A stretch of DNA of 64,000 bases from positions 145,018,001-145,082,000 of the forward strand of contig NC_043000.1 of NCBI RefSeq assembly GCF_006345805.1. Direction: 5' to 3'. The notes below the pieces were generated by a model that saw nothing but the letters and a program-made list of their open reading frames with translations, was not told where the DNA came from and did not search any database. Below are positions 11,982 to 24,746 of this stretch, piece after piece. The stretch comes from Octopus sinensis (Eukaryota). Each line of letters starts with the position of its first letter. Positions within the stretch are counted from its first letter, which is position 1. Position numbers and translations under genes: made by a program.

Positions 11982-13258
11982 CATAATTTCAACAATTGAG
12001 GGCAAAATTAATTAATTATTAATCAATTTCACCAAGTGTTCAGTATGCAAAGGGACCATTCAAGGCGAATTCAAATTATTACATTATATAAAAGGGCTTA
12101 GTAAAATAAATTACTTTACCGCATACTGAACTCATAGAAATAGCAGCTTAAAAAACTTTTTTAAGGCTATTTCTAATACTTAAAGAAAATCTCTCTCATA
12201 TATAGTGTTTGCTTAATTCAACTCACAAAAGTTTGGGGGTAAGGACATGAAAAAATCAAATGCTAAGGTTATTCGAGAACGTACGTTTCAAGATTAGTCA
12301 AAACAACATTTCTATCATCGGCTCAGAAATTCCTTGGTTTGGATTTGGAAACACTGAAAATAAGAACATACCCTTTCGAAGATCTGCTCCCAACTAACAG
12401 TGCCAACAAATTCAAAATAAGCAAGCGAAGAATCTCTGTTCTCCCCTTTCCACCAGCGTGGGTTAAAATCATCAAACACTATGCTTATTCGGTAAAATCC
12501 GAAGCATTAATCAGAGGGAGATTAATTATAATTTCAACAATTGAGGGCAAAAATAATTCGCTTGAATGGTCCCTTTGCATACTGAACACTTGGTGAAATT
12601 GATTAATAATTAATTAATTTTGCCCTCAATTGTTGAAATTATAATTAATCTCCCTCTGATTAATGCTTCGGATTTTACCGAAATAAGCATAGTGTTTGAT
12701 GATTTTAACACACGCTGGTGGAAAGGGGAGAACAGAGATTCTTCGCTTGCTTATTTTGATTTGTTGGCACTGTTAGTTGGGAGCAGATCTTCGAAAGGGT
12801 ATGTTCTTTTTTCAGTGTTTCCAAATCCAAACCAAGGAATTTCTGAGCCGATGATAGAAATGTTGTTTTGACTAATCTTGAAACGTACGTTCTCGAATAA
12901 CCTTAGCATTTGATTTTTCGATGTCCTTACCCCCAAACTTTTGTGAGTTGAATTAAGCAAACACTATATATGAGAGAGATTTTCTTTAAGTATTAGAAAT
13001 AGCCTTAAAAAAGTTTTTTTAGCTGCTATTTCTAATGAGTTCAGTATGCGGCAAAGTAATTTATTTTACTAAGCCCTTTTATATAATATATATATACATA
13101 TATACGATGGGCTTCTTTCACGTTTCGTCTACCAAATCCACTCTAAAGGCTTTGGTCGGCTCGAGGCTATAGTAGAAGATACTTTCCCAAGGTGTCACGC
13201 AGTGGGACTGAACCCGGGATCATGTGGTTCGTTAGCAAGTTACTTACCACAGAGATAC
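11714..13258 (-). mobile_element. tRNA-derived SINE family B, interrupted in its internal (TA)n by a 1.1 kb insert
   Basis: Tail (CTTTTACT)n..GTTTCAGTCATTTGACTGCGGC at about 11714-11930 and head at 13105-13258 match the intact copies at 33624-34024 and 51899-52312. Confidence 0.85.
11983..13087. repeat. Unclassified element arranged as direct-permuted plus inverted repeat (A-B-A' then revcomp A, revcomp B)
   Basis: A=11983-12071, B=12083-12527, A'=12528-12552; revcomp(A)=12555-12642, revcomp(B)=12643-13087, with few mismatches. Confidence 0.9.
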
Positions 13259-13802
13259 TCCAAAAGGATGCATTCATATGTATTTATATATATACGTAAA
13301 CATCACAAAACAATCTATTAGATTGAGAGAGAGAGTGTGTGTGTAGAGAGAGACAAAACATGGCAAACAATGAAAGAATGAAATATGAAATGAAAAAATC
13401 GTATAAATAAAAGCCCATTAAAAACTAACTTGTACTGAATAAATTTATGAACTTACTAAATATTTCTTTCAGTAATTTATTGTATTTGTTTGCAAAGAAC
13501 CAATTAAAACTTGAAATGAAAAAATTAAAATAGAGAATGAGGCAATTTGAAATGAAAACAGAAAATTCCGCCGTTGCTATGTCAATACAGGAAGTTATCA
13601 TTGAGAAACCTTTTTATAGATCTGAATCATAACTATAAGCAATGCTATTTGTGTTTAATAAAAAAAAACTGAGCAGAAGACCCTCTTAAGTATCCGAGGT
13701 AAAATTATTCATGCATCCCGATTATGGAAGCAATTAGCGCTGCCGTTTTGGCTTGAAAAGCGAATAGATTCATACAGGTCTATTTCATATAAGAGATATA
13801 TA

Positions 13803-14633
13803 CAAGGTGCGATGAGTAAATTGTCGCCATTATAAATTTTAGCTTCACACATGCGCATTGTTTGTTCTTCATTCTGTCGATATACAGTATTGTAGCGTCG
13901 GTTGGGCACCATCTATGAGGTAAAGAGCACCATGACGAAATTCACTCGGCGAGAAATTTAGAAACGACACTTTTTACTGCTTGGCATTCGCGTTGAAAGC
14001 TCCAACACGAAGAATGTTTAGGCGTCAATCTTAGGACAGAGCAATCTCAGGACATGTACCGAGAGTGATGAAAATAAAACATCCAGTCAACATTATGGCA
14101 TTTGGAGGGATCAATAATGGTGGCAACTTTATACCTCCATTCATTCTCCCACACCGCCTGAATACGGAAGCCTACATCAAGTGCCTGGAGGAGGGAGTGC
14201 TGCCCTGGGCAAAGAGGGTAGCTCCTGGAAGAACCTCTGTCTGGCAACGGGACTCTGGATAAGGACACATAAGCAGTAGATCAGAGTCATGGCCATCAGA
14301 AGATTTCTGCGACTACATCATTCCTAACATCTAGCGACCTAACTCCCCAGACTGCAACCCTTGCTTAATATGTTTGGGGCGTAATTGAGCGGGAGGCCAA
14401 CAAAATTCAAAGGATGAACTGAACGCAAGGATCATGGAAGCATTCACCATCTTATACAAGGATAACATCCAGAAAGAGTTGCAGGGGATTCCGAAGTTTT
14501 ATTGAATAAATTTACTCTTTAGTATTGCAAGGTATTTTTTTATGTAATTTTGGTAAATATATCTGTTAAAGTTATATTCAGTGATATTTTCATTTTTGCC
14601 TAATTTAGACGACTTTTTACCCACCGCACCAGG
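13803..14633 (+). mobile_element. Internally deleted Tc1/mariner element with DD37D spacing (maT-type)
   Basis: Imperfect TIRs CAAGGTGCGATGAGTAAATTGTCG / revcomp CCTGGTGCGGTGGGTAAAAAGTCG with TA on both sides; MKIKHPVNIMAFG..WQRDS..PNSPDCNP(LD), 37 residues between the last two Asp after correcting one frameshift. Confidence 0.8.
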
Positions 14634-15851
14634 TATATATATATATATCCGTGTGTATGTGAGTGTATTAAATATATTCAACATACTAGATGTTTTGTTA
14701 TGCGTCAAAATCTATATCTCATTATATCAGAGAAGACTGATTTTATGCATTGTTATGTGACGCATCGAATTTACAGAGAAGCAATGTATAATTAGTATTC
14801 TGCAACCATTTCTCTAATATTCGGAGAAAAATTTTGTATTATTCTATTCCATTGTACCTGTTCAAATGACATTACACGTTCCTTGAAAAAGGTTAGAAAA
14901 AATATCATAGAATGTGAATTATATAGGAAGATGTTATACCTAAACCAAAACTCACGATAAGGTATTTTACAAATGCATCAGAATCCCACTTACTGATATC
15001 AATTAAATGTAAGGTATGAAAAAAACAATTCACGTAAGTAGTATTAAATTTGAGAATGTTTTCAACAATTTAGTTCTTGCGCATTCTTGAATGCTGAAAT
15101 TTAGAATACACGGCCCAACGAACGTACATTATACGAGAAACTGAAAGACAATTAAGAAAGTGAAAATTAGTTGATATTGTACACGTTGTAATAGAATTCA
15201 ACAAAATATTTTGGCGTCTAACACTGGCAACATAACAGGAAAAGAAAAAAACACATTAAGAGTTAACATTCATCTACTATTCCTTGTTAAAATCTGAGCA
15301 CTCTAAGAAGCAAACATGGACGTACTAGTCGATATTTTAAAACACGAAACATTGGTATCACCTAAAACCATATTATACCTTGTCGTAGATATATTTTTAT
15401 ATATTCGTCTATGTTTGTGTGTATGATAGTGCATGCGCCTGTATCTGTGTTTTTGAGTCTTTGTGTTTGCGTGTATCTGCACGCGCGTGCGTATGTCTGC
15501 CTCTGTGTCTTTCGGTTTGTGTGTATGTGTGTGCTATGTGCGTGCGTGTGACTTTCTTTCTGTGTTTGAGTCTTAGTTTTGGTCTGTATATGTGTGTGTG
15601 TTATGTACGTGCGTGCGTGCGTGCGTGTGTGTGTGCGTCTCTATGTTTTAAGTCTTTGTGTTCGACTCCCAACACCGCTTAACAGCTGATTTTCCTGTGC
15701 TTACGAATGGCGTTGATTTCCCTGAAACTCTGCAGTTCGAACAAAGAACGCAGACTTAAAATATTTGTTCTAACAAAGTTCATCAATGCGTAACCCTAGC
15801 ATGGCTGCAGTACACATACACACACACACAAATATATATATATATATATAT

Positions 15852-15896
<45 letters not shown>

Positions 15897-16067
15897 TAAA
15901 TATTAGGGACTGAATCCAAAATTACAGGGAAAAATCAGATTTAGGGTTAAATCCAATTTTATAGTAAAATATTATATAATATAATTCGAGACAAAACCAC
16001 TATTTTAAAACCAAACAAGGAAAGACTTAATCAATACATAAAATTTTAATATAAATTAAATAAACCG

Positions 16068-16111
16068 CCACTACAAATGTTTCATGTCTGCTACCGACAA
16101 TCGTCAGGTGG
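16068..16111 (-). ncRNA. Minimal type I hammerhead ribozyme
   Basis: CCAC-CTGACGA-T-TGTC-GGTAGCA-GACA-T-GAAA-C-ATTT-GT-A/GTGG. Confidence 0.85.
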
Positions 16112-16166
16112 ATTTTTGATCTTCTAATCAGTATCAAAATTTGATACTGATTAGAAGATCGAAAAT

Positions 16167-16210
16167 CCACCTGAAGATTGTCGGTAGCAGACATGAAACA
16201 TTTGTAGTGG
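16167..16210 (+). ncRNA. Minimal type I hammerhead ribozyme (mirror copy)
   Basis: CCAC-CTGAAGA-T-TGTC-GGTAGCA-GACA-T-GAAA-C-ATTT-GT-A/GTGG. Confidence 0.85.
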
Positions 16211-16311
16211 CGGTTTATTTAATTTATATTAAAATTTTATGTATTGATTAAGTATTTCCTTGTTTGGTTTTAAAATAGTGGTTTTGTCTCGAATTATATT
16301 ATATATATATA

Positions 16312-16366
<55 letters not shown>

Positions 16367-16371
16367 TCATG

Positions 16372-17249
16372 TCGGGTCATCCCATGAATAATGCGGTTTT
16401 TTATACTTTCTTATTTCTGAAAATTAAGATAAACAAAGTTCACTTTTAATCTAAAATATACTCTCCTTTATTTTCTACAATGATCTTTCATCCATCTGGC
16501 AGACTTATAAGACCTCTCTTCCGAAACTCACTGGTCTGTGACAAACATACACCTTCAGTACTGTTCTCACCTCGCCTCCAGGATTCATATTTTTCCGCCC
16601 AAATTAGTTTGAAGACTGATGTATAAATGATAATCAGAAGTGGCAATGTCCGGCGAATATGATGGGTGGGGCATTGTGTCCAATTGAAACTGCTCCAGCC
16701 TTTGGAATGTCATTTTTGCTGCATGTGGCCGATCATTATCCTGATGGAAGAACACCTTTCGTCTTGAAACCAAAGATGGTTGTTTTCTGATGAAAGGTTG
16801 AATGACCAAATGCAAGTTTCTCTGCTAGTTCCTCAACAGTTACGAAGGAAGTTTGTCCCATTAGGGTTTGTAGAACGTCCTCGTCGGGCTCTAGAGATAT
16901 TTAGGACGAGGCTTGTTTTTCTTGGCTGTAGTTTCCGGCTCGGAATTTCTGGAATCACCGTTGACATTGGTTTATGCTTCTTGTCCGATCCCCATATACT
17001 GTATTAATAATCGTCGCACTTGTTGCCATTATTGAACTCATAAAGCAAACTATGCCGAGTATTCCCCTTTGCTATTTCCATTATAGCTTTAAAAACATAA
17101 CTGTTAAATTTAAACTACACTCTCAAAACTTGCAGTAAGAATAAACAAAATTTTAAATTACTACCTGCTTTTATAGTAAGTTGATGCAGATAGTTTATCC
17201 CGTACTCCTCCGACTTTTGAAATAATGCATTATTTATGGGATGACCTAA
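16372..17249 (-). mobile_element. Decayed mariner transposon (DD34D type)
   Basis: TIRs GGTCATCCCAT(G/A)AATAATGC at both ends; FFHQDNDRPHAAKMT..HPSYSPDIATSDYHLY. Confidence 0.88.
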
Positions 17250-18549
17250 TATATGTATATTATCTCGTACGACTGACATTCGTAAAACGTAAGAATTAAG
17301 AAATATACATTTATGTGTATCTCTTTGTGTATACACACATGTAAAATATATATAGATATATTCATGTATACCTATGCATATCTGTGTTTCTATATAAGGC
17401 ATATCCATTTTCATAAAGCCTAGGTTCACTATGTTTCGATGGTTGGATGGTCGTGTGTGCATGAATCTTAATTTGTCCACCAGTAGTGAAAAGCAAGAGT
17501 GGGTAGCATCCTTGAGTGTGCGTCTATATGTGTGTGTCTACGTGAGCTTGTTTTTGCCATTAGTTTATAATTATTTGTGACCACTGTACTATCAGTAACA
17601 ATACTTTAAACTAGAATATTATTAACATAACAATATAGACGAGTATCGTTATATCAGTTTATTCATTCTGTCGGAAGAAATACAGAAATGATTGGCACAC
17701 GTATAAATTTGTAGCCTCCATGGAACATAAATATAAATTGTATTGACTTCTATACATACAATAAATATTACAGTAATATACATTCATAATTGTTAAGCGG
17801 CACCACATAAATAAATGGGCATTTATAGATATATTTAAAGAAACAGGGCATTATTTTCAATTATAAATGAATAATTACAACTCGCAAACTAGTATAGATT
17901 GGTTTTCAATTCGATAAAAAAAAAACAATGGTGCTTCTAAAATTTGCAAACACTAGTGCTTCCAAAAGCATGCAAACACTAGAGGGTCCAAAGCCATGCC
18001 AACGAATTTGGCAAATACTGATCTCATAATATTTTTCCCTTTAGAAAAAAATAGGATACGGAGCGTGATGTTGGTACATGTCCATTAACTAGACCCGGAA
18101 GATGAAAACGTCACGGTTGGAATGCTTGATCATCTTTGATCTTGGTTGCATACAAGAAGAAGTAAAACTATAATGTCACTATACGTAAAGTTAATAATGG
18201 ATTTACGTTAGGAAAATATAAAACCATCCACGTATACTTGCAGAGCGTATTAATGTAAATTTCAGAAGAAATTTCTCAACTTATCCCTCCACACGGAAGG
18301 ATGAAGATGGATTTACGTTATGTTTATATGCGTCTTTTACATATCGCATACCCTTGAGTTTTTGCCAACTGCATCTTCCAAAATTTAGAAGTAATATCGA
18401 GCCATCAGAGACAGCTGTCGGACCCGTAACACTAAATATTTTTCCATTAATTTTCATTGTCTTTTTAGTCTGATCTATTAATACCGAAATATATATGTAT
18501 TTAAAGATGAATGTTCATCCTCTCAGTAGATTCATTCTACATGTAGATA

Positions 18550-19630
18550 TTTATGCATAACGGGTTTTTAGTGTGAAATAAAAGTCAATTTTATTTTATA
18601 TATTTTCCATTTTGTTCGATGATCTTTTGCCATCTTTCTGGCTCATAGAACTTCTGATTCTTATCAGTCAAAAACCAAAGCAAGTTCAATTTCAGGTCAT
18701 CATCATTATTGAAAGTTTAACCATTCAAAGAATTTTGCAAACGAAATAAATGGTAATCTGATGGTGGAAGGTCAGGGCTATATGTTGGATGTAACATCAC
18801 TTCCTAACCAAGTTCCAATAATTTTTCACGAGTTAGCAAAACGTGTGTGGGCTAGCGTTGCCATGGTGGTACAAGATTCTTTTACGATTTTCCAATTCTG
18901 GCCGTTTTCCTTCGAATGCTTCCTCCAGTTTCATTAATAGTTGACAGTAAACAAACTGTTAGCATGTCTATTTTTTTTTTTTGCAATTCGCCCTTCGATG
19001 CGGTTTCTGCTTGCTCATTACGCTCGGACCATGACCGTTTTCGATTGATGTTATTGTAGACAATCCATTTGTCATCACCAGTGAGGATTCGTTGAAAATA
19101 AATGCTGACTTCATTGTGTTTGAGATGCATATCGCAAATATTAATACGTTGTGTTTAATGAATCTCTTTCAATTTATGTGGAAACCAAATATCGAGCAAT
19201 CCCGCACACAGTTATATGAGAATCAGATTCAATTATGGTTTTGATTAGGTCATCATCAACTTCAGTAGTTTGACCACAACACTGGTCATCCTTCAGTGAA
19301 AAATTTCCAGAACGGAATCTTTTTAACCATTTTTGACATGTGCGTTCTTTTTAAGCAATTAACACCATGAACTTCACATATGTCTTTCCGAGCTTCAGCA
19401 GCTTTCTTCTCTTTACGGATATAAAAAACCAAAATTTGGCAAAAATATTTTTTCGCACTCTATGTTAAAGTTGACACTGGACTAAAAGCTGTAAACAAAA
19501 TTACGGCCAATTTGCTTCTAAAGTAAGCTAAAATGTAACGGTTAACAACTGCCAACAGGAAAAAAGTCATACCATTGACAGAACTCATTTAAAAACTTCT
19601 GAACTCTGTCTTTCTTTCTTGCCAACCCAA
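18550..19630 (-). mobile_element. Decayed mariner transposon
   Basis: FQRILTGDDKWIVYNNINRKRSW motif; TIR-like TTGGGTTGGCAAG at the 19630 end; the left boundary is approximate. Confidence 0.8.
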
Positions 19631-19741
19631 TATAATTAGCCCAAGTGGTTTCATTTGTTTACGTGCATCGTTTTTATACGTATGGACGTGTATGCCTATA
19701 GGTAATATATATATATATATATATATATAGATATATATATA

Positions 19742-20140
19742 TATAAAATATTATTAGAGACAAAACCCCTATTTTGCAAAACAACAAGGAAAGACTTATC
19801 AATACATAAAATTTAATAAAAATAACTACAACAGCGTAATATAAGTTAAAGAAAGCGAATTGCATTCATTTGTATCAATTTGGATGACAATAGTCAGTCT
19901 TCTCTCACGTCCACGGCTAATATGAAGAGTTTGCCGCCACGATTTCTATAAAATTTCTGGTAAAATTATGTGCAGGTTCAAACTATTTATTAAATTTTAT
20001 GTATTGATTAAGTCTTTCCTTGTTTGTTTTGAAAATAGTGGTTTTGTCTCTAATAAATTTTATAATATTTACTATAAAATTGGATTTAATCCTAAATCTG
20101 ATTTTTTTTCCCTGTAAATTTGGATTTATTCCCTAATATT

Positions 20141-20144
<4 letters not shown>
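19742..20144. repeat. Inverted arms of the 15893 element family enclosing a local templated copy
   Basis: Arms 19742-19820 and 19984-20144; the interior 19825-19986 is nearly identical to 20887-21044. Confidence 0.88.
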
Positions 20145-20223
<79 letters not shown>

Positions 20224-20886
20224 TATATATATATATGTATGTATGTATATATATAAATACACGTAAATGTCGAACAGTGTCAATCAATGCTCAATATTGC
20301 ATTCGTGGATAAATTTAATAATGTATTAAGGCTACCATTGGTTTCATGTTAAGAAAAATGACTTAAAAGTTTATGTGTGTGTATCTGTGTGTGATATGCG
20401 AGACATAGCGAACATGCAGAGCGAAGTCATGGCCTAAAATATGCGTTGTTGAAAAGAACTGCTTGTACCAACGTTACTTTAATAAAATAATGGACTAGAT
20501 AGCATTGATACATTTATCAATTTTGTGTAGAAATTCCGTTGCAATATTGTAAAAAGATTATTTTTGCTACCGGCGAAATATGAATGATGACTTCGTTTCT
20601 TCCATCAGTATAGCCTATACTCTTTAACTTACATTTGAATCACAGATAACTTTTCATTCCGGAGGCAAAAATCTGTATATCATACAAAGTCTTTAGTAAT
20701 ATAAGTATCTCAATTCAGCTGTTTATTCGAAAGCGCTGACATAAAAGAATTCTATGTTGACTGCAGAATATATATCCAGATTATATTCGCCGTATTTCTG
20801 TCGGGTCTGGTTTAAATCGAAACCATTCAACATTTGAATTTATGTCAAATTCAATGACTCTGAAATTTCAAACAACTTGAGGATAT

Positions 20887-21044
20887 ACTACAGCGTAATA
20901 TAAGTTAAAGAAAGCGAATTGCATTCATTTGTATCAATTTGGATGACAATAGTCAGTCTGTCTCACGTCCACGGCTAATATGAAGAGTTTTCCGCCACGA
21001 TTTCTATCAAATTTCTGGTAAAATTATGTGCAGGTTCAAACTAT
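20887..21044 (+). repeat. Probable donor of the captured segment
   Basis: ACTACAGCGTAATATAAG...GGTTCAAACTAT, with 3-4 differences from 19825-19986. Confidence 0.85.
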
Positions 21045-21733
21045 CGATTTACAAACATTGTACAAAGCCAGTTCTTCAGATCTTATGTTTCACTCGTTGT
21101 TACAAAACTACATTATATAAAGAATGTACTTTTCCGTTTGGTATATAGATGTTGCATTTTCTGGAGTGGGTATGAATATGTTAGTAAATATAAAAAAATA
21201 AAGGTATAAAAATTGTTCTATTTACTACTTATGCGGGCAAATTTAATTGGAACCAGTATATTTTCTCAACATCTATATAGGAACCTTAGTTCATTACACA
21301 TGATACTGTAATGAATGTAAAAATTTTGTACATGAAAGTCGGAGTAACACATTCCTTCTTTTGAGGGGGGGATGTGCACAGTAGTTGCATGTAACATAGA
21401 CAAATGTCCATGATACAGAATAAAGGAGTAAGAGAATAAAACCTCACTGTCTCTGTGCTGTCGATCTTTGAAAGAGGTGAGATAAATAAATCGAAATAAG
21501 ACACATGGAATCTAACATTCATGCCAAACCAAAGGCCTTTTTTTCATTTAGTATTAAAAATAATTTTCATTTTCTTAATATCTTCCAGTTGAAGGATTTC
21601 TACAAAATTTATAAAACTACAATTTCACATCATCAGAATTCCTCCAATTAAATTTACAAATTATAGGAAATACAAATTGTTTAATGACATGAATTTTACA
21701 GAAACATGCATCTGCATAAACGCATATATTATA

Positions 21734-21780
<47 letters not shown>

Positions 21781-23022
21781 TATATAGATGGAGAGACTCA
21801 CAGAAGCACAAGCAGTGCCACACATAAGCGCACACACACACATATATATATATATATAAGCTATTTGTGAACGAGGGAAGAGGAGGAAGTATGTGTGTGC
21901 ATATGCCCATATTTATGTATATCTGTGTTTATGAAATTCATTTGTCACGAAACAGAATGTCATTAAACATTTCATATTTGCTACAATTCCTAAATTTAAG
22001 GGGAGGAATCGTGGTGAAATAAGCATACATGTGTGTGTGGTTGCATGCGTGTTTTTGTGTACGTGAGTGTGCGTATGAGTGTGTGTGTCTGTGTGTGTAT
22101 TTCCTTGAGTGGGAGTTGTATTTACAAGTTCCACATTCGGAAAATACTGATTGATTGCAGCAAATGGCAGGTAGCCTTAATGAATTCGTCTTCTACAAAT
22201 TTTAGAAAATGTCAAATTATAGATGCTTGTCAAAGACAATGGAAACTGAATGAAAAGATAAAAGCAATGACGAGTAATAAATGTGAAAACAAAGTTCATT
22301 GCAAAAGGTTAACATACAAAGTAGCTGTGTTATTTAAATACTTGTTTTGAAACATTGTGCTTCATTTCATACGATAAACAGAATTATAGAAAATACGTAC
22401 ATATTCACTGATATATGGGAACGGGACATGCCGAATACACGATGGAAACTTACATAGAACAACACGATTTCATAAATAAAATTACATACATAAAACACCG
22501 TTTTATATAAGCACACGTACAGGAAAATAACCGCTTACCCACCCATATAAGTTCATATAAGTGTTGCATAATCAAAACCTGTACAGTGAAATTCCAATAA
22601 CAGTCCAATAACATAATCCAGGACGCGAACACACAAATATTAAAACATATGTCATAAACAAAACATCGACGGAATTGAATGAAAGGCCAACATTTTAAAT
22701 GGAATTCAAATTGTTTTCAGTGTCCAGTTTTTAATTTTTTTTTACTTCTGTTGAAATTTATTAAATCTTCCTAACAACCATTTTTCAAATGTATATTTAC
22801 GAGCGTATTTTTGAGGAGCAAAAATATTGTACACAATAATGTACTTACGTCTAATCACTGAAATCTTTGCAACAAATGAATTGTTGAAAATGTTGCAAAT
22901 CCAACACCTCGAATGAAAATTCGTTAAGGCATCTTGCAGTCATACAAATTATCTTTCTTGTTTTTTCAAATTAAATATTGAATTAAGACATGGTAAGATT
23001 TGGTGAAATATATATATACATA

Positions 23023-23101
<79 letters not shown>

Positions 23102-23284
23102 ATATTTATTTATTTATAATACCGATAGGGAACAGAAACTGTGTCAATAGCCAGCTAGAGAAGATGTTCTCCTGGGGCTACAAGCTACAGTAACATCAAC
23201 TCTTAGTGGTTAGCCATATTTAGATGGCAAATATACTTCCCACACACATACATATATATATTTATGTATGTACATATATTTATA

Positions 23285-23332
<48 letters not shown>

Positions 23333-23399
23333 CGCGTGTGTGTGTGTCTGTGTGTGTATGTGTGTGTGTGTATGTGTATAGAAGAACAACACCGAGTGC

Positions 23400-24370
23400 T
23401 CCATTTCTCGTCCGGCTGCAATCATCAGTTGAGTGCCGTGCTTCGCCGAGATTTCGGCCCCATCATACACACTATCTCTTCAAATGGTGGGTTCGCAACA
23501 GCTGGACGTACTGCGTTGCAACCAGACTCATGCCAGTTCTGAGATCTTATGTGCTTCCACAAACCTGGTTATCCAAGCACTATCCTCAACTGCTTTCTCC
23601 CCGCATTCCTCGATGCTCCTCCTCGCAGCAGATACACCAATCACTTTCAGAAACCTTCTGAGAGAAGCTGCTGGGAAATCCCTGCACCCAACCTCGACCA
23701 CAACCAGCTCACAGATCTGACTCTTCTCCCGAATCTCAGCTACCAACTCTTTATAGCCCAACAACTTCCACTCATGAGCCTCAGCAATACTCTCCTCCCA
23801 TGGTACAGTTAGCTCCGCAAGGACAACACGTCTCTGACCCTCATCTACCACGACCATGTCGAGCTGGAGTGCTGACACCAAAATGCTTTCAGATAGGGTT
23901 GGTCCATAATCACCTTCCATATTCTGTCTTCGGCCTGCCGAGATTTCTGTCTCTTTGGCATCACAGCTTGCTTCACAAATACTGTCTTACGCAAGGTCAG
24001 TTTATGCACTCGACCCTCACATGCAGCTGAAGAAACAACGTTTAGCGCTAAAGTATGTCTAGATGTATACCATCAAGACTGGAGTGCTTTTGGCCAAGCT
24101 GACAGCATGTGTTTGAGGCTGCCACACTTACCACACAAGTGGAACTGTGGACTCTCTAGGATACCCTATTTTTTGAGATTCGCTGGAGATGGATGCACAT
24201 CATACGCAGTCTGGATCAGAGCTTTCAAATGCCCTGCACTCAACTGCCACCTATCAGACGACACCAACTCCAGCTTTTCGACATCATCCTAATTCAGCCA
24301 CCGACCCTGCTCTGCTTGTTGCACTGCGTGACCCAGAAGCATCTCATCTTACTTGTTACTCACGCAGCTT
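23400..24370 (-). mobile_element. HERO-like non-LTR retrotransposon 3' fragment (zinc knuckle plus restriction-like endonuclease)
   Basis: LIQTAYDVHPSPANLKK*G..LCGKCGSLKHMLSA..WYTSRH, then LDMVVVDEGQRRVVLAELTVPWEESIAEAHEWKLLGYKELV..VEVGCRDFPA. Confidence 0.8.
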
Positions 24371-24499
24371 CAAACGTTCTTGTTTACTTGACTCTGACCA
24401 AAACCGCTCTCTCCTGGCAAGAAATCGTCATATAAAACTAAATAATCACCACACACACAACACACACACACACACACATACACACACACACACACATAC

Positions 24500-24569
<70 letters not shown>

Positions 24570-24571
<2 letters not shown>

Positions 24572-24746
24572 CGGGAAGCTTTATGAAAATAAACAAAAGA
24601 CGAAGGCAGGTGGAATATAAACAAACAATTGTATTAGTATGGCGCTCAGGAATATAAATAAAACAAGTCTTTTACGTTTCGAGCCTACGCTCTTCAACAG
24701 AAAGATACAAAGAAAATAAACACAGAAAGAAACAAGGAGAAAAAAA
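24570..24746 (-). mobile_element. pLTR-like HHR-bearing element (sister of 10580-10842)
   Basis: Reverse-complement match; the tail ends at (TA)n. Confidence 0.82.
24668..24705 (-). ncRNA. Minimal type I hammerhead, CUGUUGA core variant with GUA triplet
   Basis: TCTTT-CTGTTGA-A-GAGC-GTAG-GCTC-GAAA-CG-T-A/AAAGA. Confidence 0.72.

Larger units (their letters stand above)
15893..16305. mobile_element. HHR-bearing element in (TA)n, folded back into a 333-bp palindrome
   Basis: 15973-16138 is the reverse complement of 16140-16305 (1-nt centre, a few mismatches); a related tail occurs at 19742-19820 and 19984-20144. Confidence 0.9.

Noticed and set aside
12841-12870. CCGATGA-TA-GAAA (and CTGAACA..GAAA near 12581) as a hammerhead in the 1.1-kb inverted element
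   Set aside because: The core is mismatched and no helix I or helix III pairing can be drawn
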